The translations under genes were made by a program, and so were the position numbers. From Candidatus Omnitrophica bacterium CG11_big_fil_rev_8_21_14_0_20_41_12 (lineage in GTDB: Bacteria; Omnitrophota; Gorgyraeia; Gygaellales; Profunditerraquicolaceae): a DNA stretch of 64,000 nt. Within the stretch, counting starts at the first letter, position 1. Each line of letters begins with the position of its first letter. The notes below the pieces were generated by a model. The model made no database searches. It had not been told where the DNA came from and worked only from the letters and a program-made list of their open reading frames with translations. This document shows, piece by piece, positions 1 through 9,037 of this stretch. Location of the stretch: positions 1,724 to 65,723 of the forward strand of contig PCWB01000027.1 in NCBI GenBank assembly GCA_002796135.1, given 5' to 3'.

Positions 1-773
1 AATACCGGTAATTTCAATATCTGCTTATCAAACCAATATCTACCTTTTTCAGTCTTAAGATAATTTTTGAATAAATATATACCTACACCAATACCAATCA
101 CGGTATACAAGAAATATTTTCTTAAAAGGTCACTGGCAAAAATTAAAACCTGCGTCGGCATAGGCAGTGTCCCGCCGAGAGAATCAAATATCCCTTTAAA
201 CGTAGGAACCACCTTAAGCAAAAGCACTGCTGTAATAACCGCTGCCATACTCACAACTACTGCAGGATAAACCAGGCTTGAAGTAATCTTTCGGTTAAGC
301 GCTGCCTGCTTTTCCATAAAGGTGGCTAAACGATCCAGGATCTCATTTAACATACCGGATGCCTCTCCGGCTTTGGTCATATTAACAAACAGCTCTGAAA
401 AAACCGCCGGGTGCTTGGCCAAAGCATCACAAAAACTTACTCCCCCTTCTATATCATTTTTTACTCCCCCGACAATACCTCTTAAATTTTCATTTTCAAT
501 CTGTTCAGATAGAATCCCTAGGGCATTGACCAGGGGAATACCTGCATCGATCATCGTGGCCAGCTGACGGGAAAAGATAACCAGATCTTCAAGCTTAACT
601 TTCTTATCACCGGACTTGCGCTTAACCGCAGCAGCTTTAGCAGCTCCTATAGAAACAACCACCAAATCTTTTTTGTGCAAGATATCGGCAACCTCTGTTT
701 CACTTTCAGCCTGAAGTATTCCGGTAATCGTCTGACCTTTTATATCTTTTGCGCTATATTGATAGGAGTTCAT
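1..773 (-). CDS. pilC: Type IV pilus assembly / T2SS platform protein PilC (GspF family). The N-terminal ~257 aa are in the window; the 3' end runs off the window edge.
   Basis: Reverse-complement translation from ATG at 773 gives MNSYQYSAKDIKGQTITGILQAESETEVADILHKKDLVVVSI...DLVIFSRQLATMIDAGIPLVNAL..., a typical GspF/PilC N-terminal domain. It is not in the ORF track because there is no in-window stop. Its ATG overlaps the TGA of the upstream HD-GYP gene (ATGA). Confidence 0.85.
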   Translation of the reverse strand, partial: MNSYQYSAKDIKGQTITGILQAESETEVADILHKKDLVVVSIGAAKAAAVKRKSGDKKVKLEDLVIFSRQLATMIDAGIPLVNALGILSEQIENENLRGIVGGVKNDIEGGVSFCDALAKHPAVFSELFVNMTKAGEASGMLNEILDRLATFMEKQAALNRKITSSLVYPAVVVSMAAVITAVLLLKVVPTFKGIFDSLGGTLPMPTQVLIFASDLLRKYFLYTVIGIGVGIYLFKNYLKTEKGRYWFDKQILKLPV

Positions 774-1840
774 AGATTATCCATTATTTTTAAAAATGCA
801 TCAACAATTTTTGGGTCAAATTGCGTTCCGCTATTACGCTTAATCTCCAAAACCGCCTCGTCTTTAAGGAACGGCACTTTCCTGTAGGAGCGGGCCGAAC
901 GCATCGCCTCATAAGCATCGGCAACATGGATTATGCGGGCACCCAAAAGAATATCATTACCTTTTCTACCTTCCGGATAGCCTGAACCGTCATAATGTTC
1001 ATGATGTTGCCTAATTAAGTCTACCACTTCGTTTAAAAAAGTCAACGGTTCCAGGATTTGGGCCCCGATAGTCGGATGCTTACGTATCTGCTCCCACTCA
1101 ATGCTGGTAAGAGCGGTTGTCTTTAATAATATGTTATCGCTAATCCCGATCTTACCTAAATCATGCAATTCACAAGCCTGCCGCAATACCTCAATCTCTT
1201 TTGCCGAAATTTTTAGATAATTTGCGATAGCAATAGCAATCCGCGCAACATTCTCAGAATGACTATGCGTATAATGATCTCTAGCATCGATTGCCTGGGC
1301 CAAAACCTTAATCGTACGCATATAGGTTGACCGTAGATCCTCATAAAGGCGGCTTAAATTAGTCGTGGCATCCTCAATCCTTCTGGCCAAAAGCGTATTC
1401 TGTTTTTCAAGGGCCTGATTGGCCTCTTTCAAGCCTTGAGAAAATTTACGGTTAGCCAAAAGTAAGGCGTGTAATTTAACCCCTTTTTCAATAATAAATT
1501 TTAATTTCTCTATGTTGAACGGGCGGATTAAAGAATCATATATTCCCGCCTCGGCCAGCTCTTTTGCTTTTTGTTCTTCACCGTTCTCAAGCAGAATAAC
1601 GATTATACAATCAGGATCAATTTTTTTAAGTTCATTGATCAGCCAAAGCGCATCTGCCTGAGAGATCGCATACCTTATAAAAACTAAATCATAATTATTC
1701 TGATTTAGGCTCGTAATACCTGAATGCGGATTGGATTCCACGCGAATAGAATAAGCCCCCAAGCCAAGTATCTGTTCTTTAACGTAACCAGAATATGCTG
1801 TATCTTCACAAAATAAAAGTATTTTCCCGCCGTTGCTCAT
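770..1840 (-). CDS. HD-GYP c-di-GMP phosphodiesterase with a degenerate (pseudo) receiver domain, RpfG-like
   Basis: The C-terminal HD-GYP domain carries HDLGK...HHEHYDGSGYP. The N-terminal CheY-like fold has the phospho-acceptor position occupied by Arg (DLVFIR versus DLVLLD), and K109 is also replaced by Arg (SLIRPF). Confidence 0.85.
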   Translation of the reverse strand: MSNGGKILLFCEDTAYSGYVKEQILGLGAYSIRVESNPHSGITSLNQNNYDLVFIRYAISQADALWLINELKKIDPDCIIVILLENGEEQKAKELAEAGIYDSLIRPFNIEKLKFIIEKGVKLHALLLANRKFSQGLKEANQALEKQNTLLARRIEDATTNLSRLYEDLRSTYMRTIKVLAQAIDARDHYTHSHSENVARIAIAIANYLKISAKEIEVLRQACELHDLGKIGISDNILLKTTALTSIEWEQIRKHPTIGAQILEPLTFLNEVVDLIRQHHEHYDGSGYPEGRKGNDILLGARIIHVADAYEAMRSARSYRKVPFLKDEAVLEIKRNSGTQFDPKIVDAFLKIMDNL

Positions 1841-1842
1841 AC

Positions 1843-3558
1843 CTATTCCTCGGTAGTAATCCTGATTGCCTCATCCAAAGTAGTCTGCTCTTCCCTAACT
1901 TTCAGAAAAGCATCATCGCGCAAAGTTTTCATACCTAATTTCTTAATTGCATAAGCCTTAATTTCATCTAAAGAATTTCTACGGATGATCATCTCTCTTA
2001 TGTTATCATCAATGAGCAGCGTTTCGAGCACCGCAACCCGTCCATAAAAACCGGTATTATTGCAATACTTACAACCCTGAGCAGCATAAAATGTGGTTTT
2101 GCCGCTACTAAAGCCTATTTGTTTAAGAAAATCTTCAGGAACCTCTATTGGTTTACGACATTTAAGACAAATTTTTCGCGCCAGCCGCTGCGCACAAAGC
2201 ATAATTACACTGGAAGCAACTAAAAATGGCTCCACCCCCATATCAATAAGGCGGGTAATGCTGGAAATCGCATCATTAGTATGCAAGGTAGAAAGTACGA
2301 GTTGGCCGGTTAATGCCGCTTTGATAGCGATATCGGCGGTTTCAGCGTCCCGGATCTCGCCGATCATAATTACATCCGGGCTTTGCCGCAAGATAGAACG
2401 CAATCCTGAAGCAAAATCTAAACCGATATCCGGCTTAACCTGCATCTGAGTAATTCCATCAACTTGATATTCTACCGGATCCTCGATAGTAATAATATTT
2501 TTTTCCGGAGTATTCAGCTGATTTAAAACAGAATAAAGCGTCGTGGATTTCCCTGAGCCGGTCGGCCCGGTAACCAGCATCATGCCAAAAGGCTTGGCCA
2601 CAGCTTTCTTAAAGTTAGTATCCGGCTGTTCGGAAAACCCCAATTTATCCAAGCCGATCGATAGATTACCTTTATCTAAAGCGCGCAAAACAAATTTCTG
2701 CCCGAAAGTCGTCGGAAGGCTGGAAACTCGAAAATCTATCTCCCGGCCTTCTGTTCTTACCTTAAATCTGCCATCTTGAGGAATGCGATTTTCAGTAATA
2801 TCCAGATTAGAAATAATTTTAAGTCTGGCTAAAATTGCATTTTGATTTATTTTCGGAACCTTTAAAATATCATGCAAGGAGCCGTCTACGCGATATCGAA
2901 TACGCAGACAATCAATCTCCGGCTCGATATGAATATCCGAAGCCCTTCTTTTTAAAGCTTGCGCTAATATAATATCGACTAGTTGCACAATGGGAGCCTT
3001 CTGGCTATCCTGAAGGGTGCCGCTCAACTCAATCGCATCAGCTTTAACCAGTTCTAAATTCTTTTCCAGATCTCCGACGTGACCCAGTGTTACTTCATCA
3101 AGGACACTCTGCATCTCCTTAACTTCTTTACGATATTGGCTATCAATAGCACGATTGATCTCATCCTCAGGGCTTACGACAATATCAATCTTACTTCCGG
3201 TAAAATTACCTAAATCATCTAACGCAAAAATATTTAACGGATCCGACATCGCCACAGTAAGGGTATTGCCGATTTTCGATAAAGGAATAGTATTATAAAG
3301 CTTGGCCATCTGCTCGGGAATCAAATTAACAATCTCGGTATCAAACCTGAATTTAGCCAAACGCAAAGAAGGCAGATAAAGCTGTTCTGAGAATAATGAA
3401 AGCAGGATCTCTTCCGTAATAATTCCTTCATCAATCAAAACTTTTCTTAAAGGCATCTCCTTCTCTTTTTGTAAACTTAAAGCCCGATCCAGCTGCTCTT
3501 TGGTAATATGGTTGCTCTTTAAAAGTATCTCGATTATATTTTCTCTTAATGAATGCAT
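1843..3558 (-). CDS. pilB: Type IV pilus assembly ATPase PilB / GspE family, copy 1
   Basis: N-terminal GSPII_E_N/MshEN-like domain, Walker A GPTGSGKSTT, and a C-terminal tetra-Cys zinc motif (CLKC...CKYC). Confidence 0.85.
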   Translation of the reverse strand: MHSLRENIIEILLKSNHITKEQLDRALSLQKEKEMPLRKVLIDEGIITEEILLSLFSEQLYLPSLRLAKFRFDTEIVNLIPEQMAKLYNTIPLSKIGNTLTVAMSDPLNIFALDDLGNFTGSKIDIVVSPEDEINRAIDSQYRKEVKEMQSVLDEVTLGHVGDLEKNLELVKADAIELSGTLQDSQKAPIVQLVDIILAQALKRRASDIHIEPEIDCLRIRYRVDGSLHDILKVPKINQNAILARLKIISNLDITENRIPQDGRFKVRTEGREIDFRVSSLPTTFGQKFVLRALDKGNLSIGLDKLGFSEQPDTNFKKAVAKPFGMMLVTGPTGSGKSTTLYSVLNQLNTPEKNIITIEDPVEYQVDGITQMQVKPDIGLDFASGLRSILRQSPDVIMIGEIRDAETADIAIKAALTGQLVLSTLHTNDAISSITRLIDMGVEPFLVASSVIMLCAQRLARKICLKCRKPIEVPEDFLKQIGFSSGKTTFYAAQGCKYCNNTGFYGRVAVLETLLIDDNIREMIIRRNSLDEIKAYAIKKLGMKTLRDDAFLKVREEQTTLDEAIRITTEE

Positions 3559-3563
3559 TATCG

Positions 3564-5279
3564 TTATTCGTCCGGTGCGGTTACCCGCAGGACCTCTGCG
3601 ATTGTGGTATGCCCGGCTAAAACAGCCCTAAGCCCATCCTCACGTAAAGTCTTCATACCCTCAAGGCGCGCTTGCTGCTTAATAAACTGCTCCTGCGAAC
3701 CGCTAAGGATTAACTCCCGAACCTTAGGGCTAACCTGTAAAACCTCGGCAATTACCGTTCTTCCGGAATAACCGCTATTAAAACAATGCTGGCAACCTTT
3801 GCCTTTATAGAATTTTAATTTATCAGTTCCTGCCGGCTTCAATTTCAAACTAGCAACAACTTCATCCTTAAGAACATATGCCTCCTTACAATAAGAACAG
3901 ACTTTGCGTACGAGGCGCTGTGCCATAACACAGACTAAAGAAGAGTTGATCAAATAAGGCTCAACTCCCATGTTCACTAAACGCACTACAGCACCGGCAG
4001 CGGTAGTCGTATGTAAAGTAGAAAGAACCAAATGTCCGGTAAGGGCACTTTTAATCGCGATATCCACAGTTTCATAATCACGTATTTCTCCGATCATAAT
4101 GACATTAGGATCCTGTCGTAAGATCGATCGGAGTGCTGCTGCAAAACTAAGACCAATCTCAGGCCTTGAAGTTACCTGATTGATGCCCTCCAGTTGAAAC
4201 TCAACCGGGTCCTCCACGGTAACAATATTTTTATCCGGGCTATCTACGGATTTTAGTACCGCATAAAGCGTCGTAGTTTTACCGCTCCCTGTCGGTCCAC
4301 AAACCAAAATCATACCATGAGGAAGCAGAGAAACTTTACGCAAAACCTCCAAAGCATAATCGCTAAAACCTAATTTCTTCATATCCAGATTTGCCTGCGA
4401 TTTATCCAGAATACGTAAAGCAACCTTCTCCCCGAAGCTGGATGGTAAAATAGAAACGCGGAAATCTATCTCACGATTAAGTATTTTAACCTTAAAACGC
4501 CCGTCTTGGGGGATACGGTGTTCGGCAATATCCAGCTGAGACATAACCTTAATACGTGATACTATCGACGGATGCATATTCTTTGACGGAGTCTTCTGCT
4601 CTTGAAGAATACCGTCAATGCGGAAACGTATGCGTAATTTTTTATCAAACGGCTCAACCAACACGTCAGAGGCCTTCTTTTTAATTGACTCCTCCAGAAT
4701 CATATTAACAACCTTGATCACCGGAGCCTCTTGGCTGATCCTGCCTAACTCCTGATCGCTAGGCAATATTTCCTTTTCCTCCTTAATTAATTCAATGGAA
4801 GAAACAGTCATTTCTTTAACCAAATCATCGATCAAGCCCTTAGTCGTATCAGGATAAGATAATTCTATGGCCTGAGTGATATCCTGAACCGGAGAAATGA
4901 TAGGATTAATTTTAAAACCAGTGAGCGACTGTACGTGGTCAATGGCAAATATATTCAATGGATCAGCCATCGCCAGAGTAATCGTATCTCCCATTTTTGA
5001 TATAGGGATGATCTGGTAATGCCGGGCAATTTCAACTGAAATTATTTTTACGATATCAAGATCGATCTTAAAACGTTTTAAATCAATTAAAGGCAAGCCC
5101 AACCCCTCGCTCAAAGCGGTGATTAACTCATTTCCCTTAACAAACTTAAGCTCTACAATAATATCGCTCAGCTTTCCCCCCTTAGTGGTTTGGACACTAA
5201 GTGCCTGCTTAAGCTGGTCTTCAGTAATAAGTTTATTATGGATTAATATTTCGGTGAGTCGGTCTTTAAGGGATAGCAT
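3564..5279 (-). CDS. Type IV pilus assembly ATPase PilB / GspE family, copy 2 (tandem paralog of identical length)
   Basis: Same architecture as copy 1: GSPII_E_N domain, Walker A GPTGSGKTTT, tetra-Cys CSYC...CQHC. It lies 5 nt upstream of copy 1. Confidence 0.85.
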   Translation of the reverse strand: MLSLKDRLTEILIHNKLITEDQLKQALSVQTTKGGKLSDIIVELKFVKGNELITALSEGLGLPLIDLKRFKIDLDIVKIISVEIARHYQIIPISKMGDTITLAMADPLNIFAIDHVQSLTGFKINPIISPVQDITQAIELSYPDTTKGLIDDLVKEMTVSSIELIKEEKEILPSDQELGRISQEAPVIKVVNMILEESIKKKASDVLVEPFDKKLRIRFRIDGILQEQKTPSKNMHPSIVSRIKVMSQLDIAEHRIPQDGRFKVKILNREIDFRVSILPSSFGEKVALRILDKSQANLDMKKLGFSDYALEVLRKVSLLPHGMILVCGPTGSGKTTTLYAVLKSVDSPDKNIVTVEDPVEFQLEGINQVTSRPEIGLSFAAALRSILRQDPNVIMIGEIRDYETVDIAIKSALTGHLVLSTLHTTTAAGAVVRLVNMGVEPYLINSSLVCVMAQRLVRKVCSYCKEAYVLKDEVVASLKLKPAGTDKLKFYKGKGCQHCFNSGYSGRTVIAEVLQVSPKVRELILSGSQEQFIKQQARLEGMKTLREDGLRAVLAGHTTIAEVLRVTAPDE

Positions 5280-5323
5280 AGATATTTAGGATATCAGCGC
5301 TAAAATACTTAAGTACTTTGCAG

Positions 5324-5770
5324 TTATTCAGTTTCCTTATAGTATTTTTCGATTGCTTTTTTTATATCAGAGGAGGTTGAAACAAACGTTTGTACGCTGC
5401 ATCCGCTAAGCAATTCCACATCCTCAATAGCCTGAACGTTTAAAGGATTCGACATGGCCAAAGTCAGATTATTACCGATTTTATCTATCGGCACAAGCAG
5501 ATATTGCCGGGCAACTCTGCCGGGAATAATACTGGTAATTTCAGTATTCACATCATAGCTGCCTAAGGGCAGATAAGGAAAGCCATATTGAGCGGTTAAT
5601 GACTGGGCAATATCATCTTCTTTAACAAATCCCAGTTCAACTAAAATCTCACCGATTAATCCCCCCTTATCCCGCTGAACTCCTAAAGCCTGATCAAGCT
5701 GAGACTGGTTAAGGATCCCGCGCTCAAGTAAAAGCTCGCCTAATTGTTTTTTATTAACTCTTCTGATCAT
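5324..5770 (-). CDS. Standalone T2SS-E N-terminal (MshEN-type) domain protein, putative c-di-GMP receptor
   Basis: 148 aa with no ATPase domain. It contains two tandem approx. 24-aa motifs matching the MshEN c-di-GMP-binding pattern (QLGELLLERGILNQSQLDQALGVQ and LIGEILVELGFVKEDDIAQSLTAQ), followed by the conserved ...LLVPI...GNxLTLAMSNPLN... region. Confidence 0.7.
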   Translation of the reverse strand: MIRRVNKKQLGELLLERGILNQSQLDQALGVQRDKGGLIGEILVELGFVKEDDIAQSLTAQYGFPYLPLGSYDVNTEITSIIPGRVARQYLLVPIDKIGNNLTLAMSNPLNVQAIEDVELLSGCSVQTFVSTSSDIKKAIEKYYKETE

Positions 5771-5789
5771 CGCTTAAACATTTTACTAT

Positions 5790-7211
5790 TTAAAAAACTA
5801 CTACCCGGTTTTTTCCCAAGCCCTTGGCTTGCTTCAACAGTTCCTTAGCCTTATCAATTAGCTGTTGAGCATTAACTCCATCAAGCGGATTTTCAGAAAC
5901 CCCTGCGCTCACAGTAATACTTTTTATGCTATCCTGATCCAGTAGAAAAGCCGTCTGGATTTTCTTACGTATATCCTCTGCCACCTCTTGAGCCTGACGC
6001 TTATTTTTTTCCGGAAGAATCAGGGAAAATTCATCATCATCAGTTCTGCCTGCCCGGTCAACTTCGCCAATTCCGCTTTTCAATAAAACCGCGATCTTCT
6101 TTAACGCTGCTTCGGCATTAATTAATCCAAGCTTTTCGCGGTAATTTTTAAAATTATCAATATCAAAAATAATAAAAGCACATGGTCGCTGATAAACAAT
6201 CGCCCTTTTAATCTCCTCTTGCAAGCGCATAGAAATAAAATTCTGATTGTAAAGTCCGGTGAGGATATCCTTGGTTTCCAGTTTCTCGACACGGTGGGCT
6301 AAAATATCATTCTCGATAGCAATGGCAATCTGCTTTGAGAATATATCCAGGAGTTCGATATCTTCTTTAGAATATAAAAAATCCTCTCGGCTATTGGTAA
6401 TTCCCAACACACCTTTAACTTTGCCGGTTAAAAATATCGGTACGGATAAACAATTTTTTACCTGAAACTTGGCAAAAAAATCAGTGGCAAGGCCACTATC
6501 TAATGAATTTTTTTTATCTAAGATTAGAGATTTATTCAAATTAAAAACCTTATTATATAAATTCTCCCATGCCCCTACTTCTACAGTCATTAGATGATCC
6601 GCCCCTGCTCCATCGGCAGTTCTTATATGGAAGGATTCCCTGCCTTCCTCTTTAAAAAGTAAAAACGCGGTTTCTGAGTTAGCTAAAAGCCTGGATTTTT
6701 CTACTGCAATTTTTAAGATATCTTCGAATGTCCCACCCTGAGAGATAAGTGAACTTACCTGTAATAAATTCGAAAGGATAAATATTTTTTTCTGAATCTC
6801 TAAGTTGATCTCACTGGTCTTTTCACTGTAAGCTTTAAGCTCATCCATATTGCCCCGGATACGGTTGGTAAGCTGATTTAATACGTTGCCCAACTCCCCA
6901 ACCTCATCACCTTCCCGCACATCCAATTTACGGCTAATATCACCCGCAGCAATAACCTTGGCCTCTGTGGCTACCTTGGAAAGGCGGTCAAAGATCTCTT
7001 TAACCACAAAAAGGCCGATAACCGCTACAAATACACTAATAACAAGGGAGGCAACAACATCAACCTTAAACCCGAATTTAGGCAAAATATAATTTGAGAC
7101 CAGATATGCGCAAACTAAAAACGGTAAAATAGACATTAGCTGAAAAGCAATCATCAGCTTTTGTTTTATGGTACGCGAACTTAATGACAAACGGTTGATT
7201 TTCTTATTCAT
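5790..7211 (-). CDS. Membrane HAMP-GAF-GGDEF domain protein with a degenerate active site (DDDEF)
   Basis: Two N-terminal TM helices, a HAMP region, a GAF-like middle, and a C-terminal GGDEF fold (LTGLYNQNF...FDIDNFKNY...). The signature reads RTDDDEF instead of GG(D/E)EF, and no RxxD I-site lies upstream of it. The start was moved to the internal ATG at 7211 (GGAGATAAC-ATG RBS); the ORF-track start at 7250 has no RBS. Confidence 0.8.
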   Translation of the reverse strand: MNKKINRLSLSSRTIKQKLMIAFQLMSILPFLVCAYLVSNYILPKFGFKVDVVASLVISVFVAVIGLFVVKEIFDRLSKVATEAKVIAAGDISRKLDVREGDEVGELGNVLNQLTNRIRGNMDELKAYSEKTSEINLEIQKKIFILSNLLQVSSLISQGGTFEDILKIAVEKSRLLANSETAFLLFKEEGRESFHIRTADGAGADHLMTVEVGAWENLYNKVFNLNKSLILDKKNSLDSGLATDFFAKFQVKNCLSVPIFLTGKVKGVLGITNSREDFLYSKEDIELLDIFSKQIAIAIENDILAHRVEKLETKDILTGLYNQNFISMRLQEEIKRAIVYQRPCAFIIFDIDNFKNYREKLGLINAEAALKKIAVLLKSGIGEVDRAGRTDDDEFSLILPEKNKRQAQEVAEDIRKKIQTAFLLDQDSIKSITVSAGVSENPLDGVNAQQLIDKAKELLKQAKGLGKNRVVVF

Positions 7212-7283
7212 GTTATCTCCGTAATCTATTCCGAATACTGGAAAAACCAATTAATTTATCTAATAATTATATCCCGTAACTCA

Positions 7284-9035
7284 TCATATATCAATAGATT
7301 TGTTGAATTCTGTCAACAGTCCTTCCTTGGCTACCCCGGTATCAATAAAATCCCAGGGCAACGCACAGGCAGTTGACTTGTCACCAAGATATGCCTGCGG
7401 ATCAATCCCCTCTTCAGAGAATGCTTCTTGCCACTTAGTAAATGAAAAATAATTCGACCAAGCATCAAACTTGGCCCCTTTTCTATAAGCAGTAAGGATG
7501 ACTTTACCCAGCTTTCTATCCCCCCTGGAAAGTATCCCTTCCAAAAAACTTATCTGTGAATTATGAAAACTGAATTTAAGCCTCCGGTTTTTACAATTTG
7601 ACCTTAAATAGTCCTGCTTTTCCTGGATTTGGGTAATTGAATCCATCTTTAACCATTGTAAAGGCGTATGGGGCTTGGGAATTAAGGGATTTACGCTGAT
7701 ATTAATTTGAGCTGCAGCTCCGCTGATTTCCCTTTTTAATTCCGAAGACCGTTTTGCAAAATCGATTATCCCCTGCAAATCTGCTTGAGTCTCCCCGGGT
7801 AAACCAATAAGAAAATATAACTTCAAATGCTGATAGCCGCATTTATAAGCATCGGCGATAGCTTTAAAAAACTCTTCTTCGGAAAAATCCTTAGCCAAAG
7901 CCTGGCGCAACCTGTGTGTTCCTGCCTCCGGAGCAAAAGTCAGGCCTGTCTTTTTTGCTTTGGCAATTAGTGTAGAAACATTGCCTAACAAAGCTTTAGC
8001 TTTTAACGAAGGCAGGGACAGGCTAACTCCCTGCTCTTTAAAATTTCCAGTTAAAGAAGAAACAAGGGCTTCTAAGTCAGGATAATCGCTTACGGATAAA
8101 CCCGCTAAAGATAATTCCTCATATCCGGTAGCCAGATAGGCAAGATTAGCCTGTGAAATTATTTTTTCTTTACTTTTTATTCTCAGAGGATAATATTGGC
8201 TCCTGGCCTGGCAAAAACGGCAGCGGTTAGGGCAACCGCGCATAATCTCTAAAGTAATCCGGTCATGTATCACCGGAACATTAGGCACCATCCAATTACA
8301 GGGAAAATATGACGATTCAAAATCAACGACTACCCGTTTTTTAATTTTTAAGGGCAAGCTATCGACCCTAGGATAAAAGGCGGCAAACTCTCCTGTAGCA
8401 TTATAATCTACTGAATACAAAGACGGCGCGTATACTCCTTCTATTTTAGTCAGCTCAATCAACAGTTTTTCTTTCGGCAGGCGGCCGCTTTTATAATCTT
8501 GCTTAAGACGCCGATATAAAACTAATAGCTCTACAATCGCCTCTTCTGCCTCACCGATAATAAATAAATCAATAAAATCAGCCATCGGCTCAGGATTAAG
8601 AGTAGCGGGGCCTCCGGCGATAACCAAAGGAAGTTTATGATCACGTAAGCAGGATTGTAGCGGCAGGCCGGCAAGATCTAAAATATTTAATACGTTAGTA
8701 TAATTTAATTCCGAACCAAGAGAGAAGCCCAACATATCAAAATTGATCAGCTCCTGATTTGATTCCCAGGAAAAAAGCCGCCTGTTGGCATTTTTTAAAG
8801 ATGCCTCCATGTCAGCTTCACAGGCAAAAAACCTTTCACAAACTACATCCTCAAGATTATTTAAAACGCCGTAGATGATACGCAAGCCTAAATTACTCAT
8901 CCCCACTTCATATAGATCAGGAAAACCTAAAGCAAAATTTATTAAAGCAGGATCGAAGTGTTTTTGGGATACATTCCATTCATTACCCAGATATTGTGCA
9001 GGGCGGTGCACATTTAAAAACAAATCTTCAATCAT
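7284..9035 (-). CDS. B12-binding-like/radical SAM domain protein (TIGR03960-like, uncharacterised)
   Basis: CxxxCxxC cluster motif in RGCPNRCRFCQ and a long N-terminal extension. It is 2 nt upstream-adjacent to rodA. Confidence 0.8.
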   Translation of the reverse strand: MIEDLFLNVHRPAQYLGNEWNVSQKHFDPALINFALGFPDLYEVGMSNLGLRIIYGVLNNLEDVVCERFFACEADMEASLKNANRRLFSWESNQELINFDMLGFSLGSELNYTNVLNILDLAGLPLQSCLRDHKLPLVIAGGPATLNPEPMADFIDLFIIGEAEEAIVELLVLYRRLKQDYKSGRLPKEKLLIELTKIEGVYAPSLYSVDYNATGEFAAFYPRVDSLPLKIKKRVVVDFESSYFPCNWMVPNVPVIHDRITLEIMRGCPNRCRFCQARSQYYPLRIKSKEKIISQANLAYLATGYEELSLAGLSVSDYPDLEALVSSLTGNFKEQGVSLSLPSLKAKALLGNVSTLIAKAKKTGLTFAPEAGTHRLRQALAKDFSEEEFFKAIADAYKCGYQHLKLYFLIGLPGETQADLQGIIDFAKRSSELKREISGAAAQINISVNPLIPKPHTPLQWLKMDSITQIQEKQDYLRSNCKNRRLKFSFHNSQISFLEGILSRGDRKLGKVILTAYRKGAKFDAWSNYFSFTKWQEAFSEEGIDPQAYLGDKSTACALPWDFIDTGVAKEGLLTEFNKSIDI

Positions 9036-9037
9036 AA

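Noticed and set aside
67-887. Three short plus-strand ORFs (67-270, 322-567, 675-887) at the window start
   Set aside because: They lie antisense to a clear, continuous PilC/GspF reading frame on the minus strand. They have low-complexity composition and no RBS, so they are spurious.
7212-7250. Longer N-terminal extensions suggested by the ORF track for the GGDEF gene (7250), mreB (14351), ribE (51826), murC (30395) and possibly murG (32247)
   Set aside because: Internal ATGs sit behind good Shine-Dalgarno sequences or form tight ATGA/1-nt junctions with the upstream gene. They also give N-termini matching the family consensus, whereas the upstream extensions lack RBSs and conservation.
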